A stretch of 32,000 nt of DNA from Alkanindiges illinoisensis DSM 15370. Its GTDB lineage: Bacteria; Pseudomonadota; Gammaproteobacteria; Pseudomonadales; Moraxellaceae. The translations under genes were made by a program, and so were the position numbers. Below, in pieces: positions 15,876 to 23,875 of the stretch (positions are counted from its first letter, which is position 1; every line of letters starts with the position of its first letter). The notes below the pieces were generated by a model that worked only from the letters and a program-made list of their open reading frames with translations, was not told the origin of the DNA and searched no databases. The stretch covers positions 1,330,064 through 1,362,063 of the forward strand of contig NZ_JHUX01000003.1 of assembly GCF_000619845.1 (NCBI RefSeq), read 5' to 3'.

Positions 15876-16655
15876 TTAGCGTCCCCAGTCAAGTTCCACG
15901 TTCTCAGCGTAGGGCTCCATTAGCTTGATACGCTTAATATTTTCACGCTCAATGTTGCTGAGTTGCTGCTCAACATTCAAACTGCATGGGATATACCAGT
16001 CTTTATCACTAAACAGGCTGGCAATGACTTTATTGCTAAACGAGTAATTGTGGCGCGCATAAATTTCATTACGCATGTATTGCAGTTCCTGTTTGCTAAT
16101 CTGCAAATCGTTGTCTTTGAGTAGGCGCTTGGAGGCTTCTGGAAATTCACCTGCATTGATTTGATAACGACACTGCTGCGGCGCCAGTTCAAAAAATTTG
16201 GGTTTAATGCCTGCCTTGTTGGCTTGCCATGACCCTTCAATGGACTTAGGCTTGCTCAAATCCAGATGCAACTCAAACACACCAGCGCTTTGTGGCTTGC
16301 CGGTTTCGCGCGCAATAATCTTGTATTTGTTGTTCTGTTTATTGTAGCCTTCAGGTTGTATTGTCCCTACAAAACCCTGCTTATTAGCGCCAACAATACT
16401 GTAACCCTTCACCTGCCCCTGCTGGATACTTTCAATAAAAAATCCAATACGACGTGCATCAAAACTACCCGACCAGCTGGTAATAAATTGATTTAAACCA
16501 GGTTGATTTAAAGCGGGCTGATTTAATGTGGTCTGGTTCAAACTTGTCGTGCTTGCTGCATAAAGTGAACTGGCAAACAGGCTAAGTATCATCAGGCTAA
16601 GGCTATAAACTCTATTGTTATGGCGATTGTGATTAGCCTTGTTATGGTTTTTCAT
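15876..16655 (-). CDS. Secreted YARHG-domain protein, 259 aa
   Basis: It has a signal peptide (…YSLSLMILSLFASSLYA|AS), a pentapeptide LNQxx tandem repeat, and a C-terminal YARHG-type motif (MRNEIYARHNYSFSNKVIASLFSDKDWY). Confidence 0.8.
   Translation of the reverse strand: MKNHNKANHNRHNNRVYSLSLMILSLFASSLYAASTTSLNQTTLNQPALNQPGLNQFITSWSGSFDARRIGFFIESIQQGQVKGYSIVGANKQGFVGTIQPEGYNKQNNKYKIIARETGKPQSAGVFELHLDLSKPKSIEGSWQANKAGIKPKFFELAPQQCRYQINAGEFPEASKRLLKDNDLQISKQELQYMRNEIYARHNYSFSNKVIASLFSDKDWYIPCSLNVEQQLSNIERENIKRIKLMEPYAENVELDWGR
16488..16547. repeat. Four imperfect 15-nt tandem repeats inside the YARHG gene, encoding (LNQTT)(LNQPA)(LNQPG)(LNQFI)
   Basis: On the plus strand the repeat cores are TTGATTTAA (16488), TTGATTTAA (16503), CTGATTTAA (16518) and CTGGTTCAA (16533), with a period of 15 nt. 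Confidence 0.7.
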
Positions 16656-16748
16656 ACTTCAATTCTCATATTAATTTTCTGCTTTAACGCTTTACAAAAT
16701 AGTAGGCTTGTTCAAAATAAAAAACTTTCATTCTTGTTCAGTTTTTAA

Positions 16749-17402
16749 ATGGCCCACCTTAAAACATATTACAACATCATGATTTTTGTTCTGTTGGGCA
16801 TTTTTATCTGGCTTTGCATGCTGATGGTTAAAATTTGCCTCAGCTATTTTCCCTGGTCGGATACACAAGGTTTTTTGGCGCTAAAACAGGATGTGGTGCA
16901 TTTTCTACCGTGGCAATGGGCATTCAAAATTCATGTCGCCTGTAGCAGTTTAATTTTACTGGCTGGTTTTACCCAGTTCTGGCCTGCTTTTAGGCAACGT
17001 TTTTCATTGTGGCACCGACGGTTGGGCTGGTTATATATTATTGCAGTACTTGGCTTTGCAGCACCCAGTGGTCTGGTCATGGCTATTTACGCGGCTGGCG
17101 GATTAGCAACACAGATATGCTTTGTTATTTTAGGGATATTATGGATTGGCACTACGATTCTGGCTTTAAAATATGCCATCCAGAAGCGCTGGTACAAGCA
17201 CCGTAACTGGATGATCCGCAGCTTTGCACTATCCATATCTGCCTTGAGCTTGCGTTCGTGGAAATTACTACTGTATCAACTAACGCCCTATATTGATGGC
17301 CTAAGCCCAAAGCTGATTTATCAACTGGAAGCCTGGCTGGGCTGGGTAATTAACTTACTGATTGCCGAAATCATCATTTACTGGATTAGCCGTAAAAAAT
17401 AA
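16749..17402 (+). CDS. DUF2306-like integral membrane protein, 217 aa
   Basis: It has ~6 TM helices, with the HRRLGWLYIIAVL and HRNWMIRSFAL motifs that I associate with DUF2306 (COG5395-type) proteins. Confidence 0.7.
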   Translation: MAHLKTYYNIMIFVLLGIFIWLCMLMVKICLSYFPWSDTQGFLALKQDVVHFLPWQWAFKIHVACSSLILLAGFTQFWPAFRQRFSLWHRRLGWLYIIAVLGFAAPSGLVMAIYAAGGLATQICFVILGILWIGTTILALKYAIQKRWYKHRNWMIRSFALSISALSLRSWKLLLYQLTPYIDGLSPKLIYQLEAWLGWVINLLIAEIIIYWISRKK

Positions 17403-17414
17403 TCTGTCCTGCAT

Positions 17415-17447
17415 TAAAAAACCGCTGAGAAATCAGCGGTTTTTTTG
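17415..17447. terminator. Bidirectional rho-independent terminator between convergent genes
   Basis: The sequence is AAAAAA-ACCGCTGA-gaaa-TCAGCGGT-TTTTTTT. The 8-bp stem is perfect and flanked by A- and T-runs. Confidence 0.85.
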
Positions 17448-17464
17448 TGAGTTAGTACTCAGGT

Positions 17465-19117
17465 TTAACGCAGTGGATTGATGGGAGCATCCGGGTCATC
17501 CGGTAGAATCAGCTCATTATCCGTACTGGTTGCTGGTGGTGTCGTTTCCGAAGGACTAATGATTGGAGACGCTGTAGAAGAACCAACAGGCGAACCCAGA
17601 CCAGTAGCCAAAGGCACCTCCATATCTGCATTACTCATGCCTGATGCAGTTGGTGGTGAAGGCTTTTTGGCTTCTTCTTTTGCCTTGTTCAGCATGTCAT
17701 CCAGCAGGCGTTGCGCAGGTTCGCGACCGCCCAGACCAAAGGCCAGTGCAAAGGCAACTGCAACAGCACCCAGCGTCAGACCAAAGGCCAGATTAACAAT
17801 CGAATCAGCAATGCCCATTGCACGCAGGCCCATCGCCAGCACCAGACCAATAATCAGCACACGTACCACGTTGGCCAGCCACAATGAATAGTTGTAACGG
17901 CCACGCTGTACAATATCGCCAATCAGGTTGGCCAGCCAGAAACCAATGATGAAAATGGCAACGCCCAGCAGAATGTTGGCACCAAAGGCAATGAAGATTG
18001 TAATCAGGTTGCTGACCTGATCAAAGCCCAGACGGTTCGCCGCTTCAGCCACTGCAAACAGCATGGCAAAAAACACCAGCAGCTTGCCAATGATGGCTGA
18101 CAGGTTGGTGCTACCCAAAAAGCGTTGCATGTCCAGCTTGGCAGGCAGGCGATCCAGTTCGGTTCCTGCCATCAGGTTAACCAGAATACCAGCCACAAAC
18201 TTGGCGACCGCATACGTGATAATCAGGATCAATGCCGCCGCAATAATATTGGGAATGGCATACATGATCTGATCCAGCATACGAATTGCAGGCTGGGAAA
18301 TTGCCTCAATCTGTAAGGCATCCAGGGCAGCAATCAGGGTTGGAATCAGGATCAGGACAAATACAATCGAACCGGCAATATTGGGAATGCTGGTGGTATT
18401 TTTAACCCCAACATGCGAAGCAGCAGATTGCAGATTCAGGCTAGAAACCAGACCTACCACAATGTTGCGCACAATTTTTGCCACAAAGTAACCCACAAAA
18501 CCAATCACCAGTGCGGCAAACAGGTTCGGCAGGAACAACAGCAAATCATTCACCATGTTCTGTACCGGCAGCAACAGGCCATTTAAGCCCAGTGCAGACA
18601 GCACCATTGGAACAAACAGCAGCAGGATTAACCAGTAAATAATCTGGCCAATGTTATTGCTTAAGGGTTGTACGCCCACATCTGCACTCAAGCGCTCATC
18701 CAGTGTAGTGCGTGCCAGTAACCGGGTAATTCCGGCACGTGCCAGCGTTGCCAGCACCCAGCCCAGTATAGCCAGAACCAGTGCAGACAGTACACGTGGA
18801 ACAAATAGCAGTACTTCATTCACCATATTGGAAAATGGCGCTGATACGGCATGCAGGTTCAACAGGTTAAAACTGGCAATTACCGCAATAATTAAGATGA
18901 ACCAGAACACCACGCGCCCGGCAATATGTTCAATATCGGTATGGTGCCCTGTAGAGCTGTTGACATGTCGATTGACATTGAGTTTTGAAAGTAACTTACG
19001 TACACCTGCGCCAGCTAGCAGTGCAATAACCCAGCCGACAAGCAGCAAGGCGATGGCACCGAGAATAGGTTCTAGCTGAACACCATATGTATGCTGGAAG
19101 TTCTGGAAATTATCCAT
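17465..19117 (-). CDS. Polytopic membrane protein built from ~5 'conserved TM helix' repeats with a Pro/Ser/Thr-rich C-terminal tail; no MscS channel domain visible
   Basis: The recurring units include ILGAIALLLVGWVIALLAGAGVRKLLSKLNV, VLSALVLAILGWVLATLARAGITRLLARTTLDERL, LFAALVIGFVGYFVAKIVRNIVVGLVSSLNL, IIAAALILIITYAVAKFVAGILVNLMAGTELDRL and ILLGVAIFIIGFWLANLIGDIVQRG. The tail reads KKPSPPTASG...SPSETTPPATSTD...PDDPDAPINPLR. AAGGGG lies 6 nt upstream of the ATG at 19117, while the track start is at 19144. Confidence 0.8.
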   Translation of the reverse strand: MDNFQNFQHTYGVQLEPILGAIALLLVGWVIALLAGAGVRKLLSKLNVNRHVNSSTGHHTDIEHIAGRVVFWFILIIAVIASFNLLNLHAVSAPFSNMVNEVLLFVPRVLSALVLAILGWVLATLARAGITRLLARTTLDERLSADVGVQPLSNNIGQIIYWLILLLFVPMVLSALGLNGLLLPVQNMVNDLLLFLPNLFAALVIGFVGYFVAKIVRNIVVGLVSSLNLQSAASHVGVKNTTSIPNIAGSIVFVLILIPTLIAALDALQIEAISQPAIRMLDQIMYAIPNIIAAALILIITYAVAKFVAGILVNLMAGTELDRLPAKLDMQRFLGSTNLSAIIGKLLVFFAMLFAVAEAANRLGFDQVSNLITIFIAFGANILLGVAIFIIGFWLANLIGDIVQRGRYNYSLWLANVVRVLIIGLVLAMGLRAMGIADSIVNLAFGLTLGAVAVAFALAFGLGGREPAQRLLDDMLNKAKEEAKKPSPPTASGMSNADMEVPLATGLGSPVGSSTASPIISPSETTPPATSTDNELILPDDPDAPINPLR

Positions 19118-19258
19118 AACTAACCCCTTGATCATATCGGTCATTCATTTTTATTAATCAGCAGCTTGCATCTGCACGTCCGAATGAATTATTCAGCATT
19201 TTGTTTTCAGCGGTTGGCGTGCAATTGGGAGCTACTCATCAATACCCTTTATCTTCGA

Positions 19259-19304
19259 GGTCATGACTTAAGTTTTTTGCTGTGAAATCAACTTAGTGAT
19301 GACC
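19259..19304. other. Imperfect 14-bp-stem hairpin in the 430-bp AT-rich region upstream of the repeat membrane protein gene
   Basis: GGTCATGACTTAAGTT (19259-19274) pairs with AACTTAGTGATGACC (19290-19304), with one mismatch and one bulge. No U-tract follows on either strand. Confidence 0.35.
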
Positions 19305-19510
19305 CTAAATAACCTTAGCAAAGCGTCAAAATATAAAAACAACGCTTTTGTTTCGTTCATACTGTTTTTGTCAAGCTAAGTAGGGTTTTTATTACTATCT
19401 AAAATTTAAGTTTTATTTTTTAAACATTTATTGCCTTGCATCTATTATTTAAAGCTTTTTACCATTGCTCTCATCTTCACAATTACTGTATTTAGCCATC
19501 ATCATTGGGT

Positions 19511-19546
19511 TAAAACAAAAAAGCCAAAACAATGCTTTGGCTTTTT
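19511..19546 (-). terminator. Rho-independent terminator of the DUF805 gene
   Basis: The stem is AAGCCAAA (19521-19528) / TTTGGCTT (19536-19543). On the minus strand it is followed by TTTTTGTTTT (complement of 19511-19520). Confidence 0.7.
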
Positions 19547-19574
19547 GAATAAGCTGAAAATTTAGGATAAGGTT

Positions 19575-20123
19575 TTAATATTTTGCCATGTTCGCCAGAT
19601 TTGACATATCACCGGACATGCCGCCCAGCATAGTCATCATCACAATCAAACCAACAATTCCCAGTACGGCCAGAATAATGTAAATCACGCCCAGTACACC
19701 TTCCCAGCCTTTATTGGGACGTGGCGGGCCAAAATTATTACTGCCACGTGTACCCGGTGCAAAAGTCACATACAGCATAAAAATCACATTTACCAGTGGC
19801 ACCAGCATCAGTAATGACAGCCAGCCACTCTGGTTTAGATCATGCAGGCGTCGAATAGTGAGCACAAAGGCGTAGTAAAAAAATATGATGTAAGCTACAG
19901 CCATAACCAGAATACTGGCTGTTCCAATCCCTGCATAAGGATCAGTAGAGCTGGCAGAATTACCAAAAATGGCAATACCCAGCACTGCAACAACACCAAT
20001 GATCAAAGAAATCACCAGATACCAGGCCAGATAGGCCAGCCGGGCAAAACGACCGCGTGGCGAAAGCGGATGGTCAGCCACTGGTGTTATGGAAGGCGGC
20101 TGTGAAGCGTCGTAAGTTGTCAT
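19575..20123 (-). CDS. DUF805 (YhaH/YhaI-like) inner-membrane protein, 182 aa
   Basis: It has the signature RGRFARLAYLAWYLV...IRRLHDLNQSGWLSLLMLVPLVNVIFMLYVTFAPGTRGSNNFGPP, followed by an additional C-terminal TM segment. Confidence 0.85.
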   Translation of the reverse strand: MTTYDASQPPSITPVADHPLSPRGRFARLAYLAWYLVISLIIGVVAVLGIAIFGNSASSTDPYAGIGTASILVMAVAYIIFFYYAFVLTIRRLHDLNQSGWLSLLMLVPLVNVIFMLYVTFAPGTRGSNNFGPPRPNKGWEGVLGVIYIILAVLGIVGLIVMMTMLGGMSGDMSNLANMAKY

Positions 20124-20284
20124 AGAATTACCTCGTATACCCTAATTATCATTAAAAATTATTACTGGATTCTTTTACAGGTTAGATCATTTAACCGTCG
20201 ACAGTATAGATAGCGTATTATTTTTTGCTTTGTCAACAAAACTTACTTAAAATTGCGCGTTCTTTTAGCAGTTTAAGTGCTGTG

Positions 20285-20707
20285 ATGCCCTACTCCGTTA
20301 CACCCGTTCAGCTTGACCTGCCTACCTCGCTCAAGCACCAATGCTGGCTGCACACCTCAAGAGATGGTCACTTAATTGGCATTATTGCCTTTGAAGGCGA
20401 TGCACCACAATTAAACTGGTATGACCTCGAATACCTAAGGCGGCGTAGTGACGAATTTTCAGTAATGGCCTTTCCTGAATATATTTCCGCCCTGATTATT
20501 GACCTGCGTAATCTTGAAGCGCGGCTGGAAGCTGATGCGCCTATTTTTCCATGGCGCCTGACCGAAGAGGATTGCCCGATCCGGGTGCTGGTGAGTGAGG
20601 AACAGCGCGCCTATTATTCTTCCGTGTTTGAACCGGCTTGGCTGGCCTGGGATTTACAGGCCACTATCAAGGATATGCGCGACTTTTTTGATATGCACTA
20701 TCATTAA
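20285..20707 (+). CDS. Hypothetical cytoplasmic protein, 140 aa
   Basis: The ORF is open from TTG 20225. I prefer the ATG at 20285 (MPYSVTPVQLDLP...). No recognisable motifs. Confidence 0.5.
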   Translation: MPYSVTPVQLDLPTSLKHQCWLHTSRDGHLIGIIAFEGDAPQLNWYDLEYLRRRSDEFSVMAFPEYISALIIDLRNLEARLEADAPIFPWRLTEEDCPIRVLVSEEQRAYYSSVFEPAWLAWDLQATIKDMRDFFDMHYH

Positions 20708-20731
20708 TTTAATTGTCGCGATTATTTTAAT

Positions 20732-21535
20732 TTACCAGTAATTTTCTACCGCAATATTCCCCTCACCACGCCGGTTCATGCTGAGGCCGCGTGCTTTAAG
20801 TGCATTACGCGTGTCGTCCACCATTTGCGGGTTTCCACACAGCATGACATGACTGGTTGCAGGATTTAATGCCAAGCCTGCCTGCTGTTCCAGTAAGCCG
20901 TTTTCAATCAGTATCGGCAGGCGTTGATGTAAAATATATTGATCTAAAACATGATCACTTGCCGAATTATCTGCTCGCGTGATAATCGGCAGAAATTTAA
21001 AACGTGCTCCACCCTCACCAAAACTTTGGGCAATATTTTCAATGTCTTCGACATAGGCAAGTTCATCACGGGTACGCACACTATAGGCCAGGATAATGTG
21101 CTGATATTGCTGCCACGGGGCAAAGTCCTGCAACATGGATAAAAATGGTGCCAGTCCGGTTCCGGTAGCCAGCAACCACAAGTCATGCGGTAGAGGTTTT
21201 TGGTAACGTGCCAGTGTCAAAAATCCATAGGGAATTTTTTCCAGCAATAATGAGTCCCCTGCTTTTAAATGCTGCAAGCGTGAGGTAAATGCACCATCTG
21301 GCACGACAATAGAAAAAAACTCCAGATGCTCGGCAAACGGCGAGGACACCACCGAATAGGCGCGAAAAACTTTTTCATCCTCAACGTCTTCACCCTTGAT
21401 CTCAATACCAATACGGGCAAACTGTCCTGCGCTAAAGCGGAAATGTGCAGGCCGGGTCAGGGTAAAGCTAAATAGATTCTCACTCCAGCGCCGCACACTC
21501 AGGACGGTTTCGCGGGTAAATTTTTCTTCATTCAT
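20732..21535 (-). CDS. fpr: Ferredoxin--NADP(+) reductase (bacterial Fpr type)
   Basis: It has the FAD-binding RAYSVVS (RxYS), the NADP-binding LLATGTGLAPFLSML, MLCGNPQMV, and the C-terminal aromatic ...VENYW, as in E. coli/Pseudomonas/Azotobacter Fpr. Confidence 0.88.
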   Translation of the reverse strand: MNEEKFTRETVLSVRRWSENLFSFTLTRPAHFRFSAGQFARIGIEIKGEDVEDEKVFRAYSVVSSPFAEHLEFFSIVVPDGAFTSRLQHLKAGDSLLLEKIPYGFLTLARYQKPLPHDLWLLATGTGLAPFLSMLQDFAPWQQYQHIILAYSVRTRDELAYVEDIENIAQSFGEGGARFKFLPIITRADNSASDHVLDQYILHQRLPILIENGLLEQQAGLALNPATSHVMLCGNPQMVDDTRNALKARGLSMNRRGEGNIAVENYW

Positions 21536-21632
21536 CGGTACATACTTATATCTCTACACTGCCCGGCAATGGTAGCATGTATTCATACTGTTCCTAATTT
21601 TCAAACCAAAAAAGTCACAAAAGGTACACTTG

Positions 21633-22520
21633 ATGCGCATGACGTTAAGACAACTGGCTGTCTTTGTTGCCGTTGCCCAGGAAGGCACTGTTACCCGTGC
21701 CAGTGATGCAGTACGTCTGACCCAGAGTGCGGCCAGTATGGCACTGGCTGACCTTGAAGATGCGCTGGGTGCTCCCCTGTTTGACCGACTGGGCAAGCGC
21801 TTGCAGCTCAATGACCTTGGCCGTTTTTTGCTGCCGCAGGCGCTGGAAATTCTGGGCCGTTGCGAAGCATTTGAGCAGGCTGCGCAAGGTGAACTGCAAA
21901 CCATTGATTTACGTCTTGGCGCCACCTTAACTATTAGTGATTATCTGATGCCAGACCTGATGGCAGACTTTTTAAAGTTTCAGCCGCAGGCGCAGCTTCA
22001 ATTACAGGTTGGCAATACACGCCAGATTATCGAAGCAGTGAGCCAGTTCCAGCTTGATCTGGGTCTGATTGAAGGTTCCTGCCATTTACCGCAATTGCAG
22101 GCTTTTCCATGGCGGGATGATGAACTGGCAGTATGCTGTGCACCGCAACATCCGCTGGCTCAACTCAACCGGCCACTGGATCTCAGCGACTTTCAGCAAA
22201 TTGACTGGATTTTGCGTGAAGAAGGCTCAGGCACGCGTGAAGTTTTTGACAATGTGATGCTCAAAGACCTGCCCAATGCCAAGCTGCGACTGACGCTCGG
22301 TCATAATGAAGCCATTTTAAAAGTAGTGGCGGGCGGACTTGGGGTGGCTTGTGTGTCACGGCTGGCTATTGAACCCTTAGCCAATGAAGGCCAACTGGTC
22401 ATTCTACATACGCCATTCTGGACACTTAAACGCCCGTTATTTATGCTGGTACATCGCCAGAAATATAAAGGCCCCGGCCTAAAAGCATTTATGGAGTTTT
22501 GCCGGGCAAACAACCAATAG
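21633..22520 (+). CDS. LysR-family transcriptional regulator, divergent from fpr (FinR-like arrangement)
   Basis: It has the N-terminal wHTH MTLRQLAVFVAVAQEGTVTRASDAVRLTQSAASMALADLEDALGAPLFDR and a typical LysR substrate-binding domain length. The start is ambiguous (TTG 21630, ATG 21633 or ATG 21639). Confidence 0.88.
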   Translation: MRMTLRQLAVFVAVAQEGTVTRASDAVRLTQSAASMALADLEDALGAPLFDRLGKRLQLNDLGRFLLPQALEILGRCEAFEQAAQGELQTIDLRLGATLTISDYLMPDLMADFLKFQPQAQLQLQVGNTRQIIEAVSQFQLDLGLIEGSCHLPQLQAFPWRDDELAVCCAPQHPLAQLNRPLDLSDFQQIDWILREEGSGTREVFDNVMLKDLPNAKLRLTLGHNEAILKVVAGGLGVACVSRLAIEPLANEGQLVILHTPFWTLKRPLFMLVHRQKYKGPGLKAFMEFCRANNQ

Positions 22521-22545
22521 TTGATTACTCAATATTATCGGGCAA

Positions 22546-23052
22546 TCAGTCCAGATATTTTTGCCAGAACTCGGCAATACCCGTGTTTTCATCCAATTGA
22601 TAATTGTTATAGCCAAATGCACGGTAAGCCTGCTTGGCGGGTTCATTACCGCTCAGTACTTCCAGTGTCATCTTGCAACAATCCAAAGTTCTAGCATGGG
22701 CTTCGGCTGCCTCAAACAACTGGCGCGAAATACCCAAACCGCGCGCCTGTTGTTGCACAATCACATCATGGATATTCATTAAGGGCTGGCATTTAAAGGT
22801 AGAAAAACCTAGAAATGCATTTAGCAGACCAACGGGTTTATGCTGATAATAGGCTAGCCATGAATAAGCAGTTGGAAAATTTTGCAGCTTTTCTACCAGA
22901 TTATCTTGGCAAAATTCACTTAACGCTTCACTGCCACCCATGGGGTCTTGCGCATATTCATTCATTAATAGCACCAAGTCTCTGGCATGGGTCGGGTTGC
23001 TGTAATCAGCCCTAATGATGCTAATGTCAGTCATGTTGAATGAATTTGCCAT
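22546..23052 (-). CDS. GNAT-family N-acetyltransferase, 168 aa
   Basis: It has the acetyl-CoA-binding motif VIVQQQARGLGISRQLFEAAEAHA (Q/RxxGxG/A). It starts 11 nt downstream of the upp stop on the same strand. Confidence 0.85.
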   Translation of the reverse strand: MANSFNMTDISIIRADYSNPTHARDLVLLMNEYAQDPMGGSEALSEFCQDNLVEKLQNFPTAYSWLAYYQHKPVGLLNAFLGFSTFKCQPLMNIHDVIVQQQARGLGISRQLFEAAEAHARTLDCCKMTLEVLSGNEPAKQAYRAFGYNNYQLDENTGIAEFWQKYLD

Positions 23053-23063
23053 AGAATGAATTG

Positions 23064-23717
23064 CTAAGGTTTATTGAAAATAATTTTCTTTTGAATGGTG
23101 CCAAAAATCTTGTCGCCAGCATCACCCAAACCTGGAATGATATAGCCTTTTTCATTGAGACACTCATCAATAGAAGCCGTATAAATCATCACATCAGGAT
23201 GATGCGCTTGCAGGTTAGCAATTCCTTCTGGTGCAGCAACCAAAACCATCACGCGAATTTCTTTGCACCCTGCCTGCTTCAATAAATCTATGGCTGCCAC
23301 CAGTGAATTTCCAGTAGCCAGCATGGGATCAATAATTAACGCCAAACGTGCATGAATGTCCGGCGCCAGTTTTTCCAGATAGCTACGGGCTTCCAGTGTT
23401 TCTTCATTACGCTCAAGGCCAAGCACGCTCACCTTCGCACTGGGAATCAGGTTAAGTACGCCTTCCAGCATGCCAATACCCGCCCGCAAAATCGGCACAA
23501 TAGTAATTTTTTTGCCAGCAATACGTTCCACGCTCACTGGCCCTGCCCATCCTTCAATCACCTCATTTTCCAGAATCAGGTCTTTGGTGGCTTCATAAGT
23601 CAATAAAGAGGCTATTTCCTGTGATAGCTCCCTGAAATTCTTGGTGCTAATATCGGCACGGCGCATTAAACCAATTTTATGGCGAATCAGGGGATGACGG
23701 ATTTCTAGGATAGGCAT
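23064..23717 (-). CDS. upp: Uracil phosphoribosyltransferase
   Basis: [19 protein letters not shown]... is collinear with E. coli Upp (MKIVEVKHPLVKHKLGLMR). It has the PRPP loop [12 protein letters not shown] and the C-terminal [16 protein letters not shown]. The start was trimmed from 23750 to ATG 23717. Confidence 0.93.
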   Translation of the reverse strand: MPILEIRHPLIRHKIGLMRRADISTKNFRELSQEIASLLTYEATKDLILENEVIEGWAGPVSVERIAGKKITIVPILRAGIGMLEGVLNLIPSAKVSVLGLERNEETLEARSYLEKLAPDIHARLALIIDPMLATGNSLVAAIDLLKQAGCKEIRVMVLVAAPEGIANLQAHHPDVMIYTASIDECLNEKGYIIPGLGDAGDKIFGTIQKKIIFNKP

Positions 23718-23802
23718 ATCAATCTGAACGGCTGCGGTAAACAACAGCATGATAATACAAAAAGCGATTTAATATAAAAAAGCAGCATTAAAAAACCAGC
23801 AT

Positions 23803-23840
23803 CGAAAAGAAAAATGCCCCAACAGCGTTGAGGCATTTTT
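23803..23840 (-). terminator. Rho-independent terminator at the end of the nuo operon
   Basis: The stem is AAAATGCC (23811-23818) / GGCATTTT (23832-23839). On the minus strand it is followed by a T-rich tract, TCTTTTCGAT. It lies 36 nt downstream of the nuoN stop. Confidence 0.7.
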
Positions 23841-23875
23841 AGGCAACAAATCAACCGACAGTAAATCAGCTGGCC

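Noticed and set aside
16707-16740. Direct repeat CTTGTTCA x2 (16707-16714 and 16733-16740) in the YARHG/DUF2306 divergent promoter region
   Set aside because: Two 8-mers in AT-rich DNA are too little to support a regulatory call without conservation data.
21554-21925. 123-aa ORF antisense to the 5' part of the LysR gene
   Set aside because: It overlaps the conserved wHTH coding region of the LysR gene, and its Arg/Ser/Ala-rich composition is typical of an antisense artefact.
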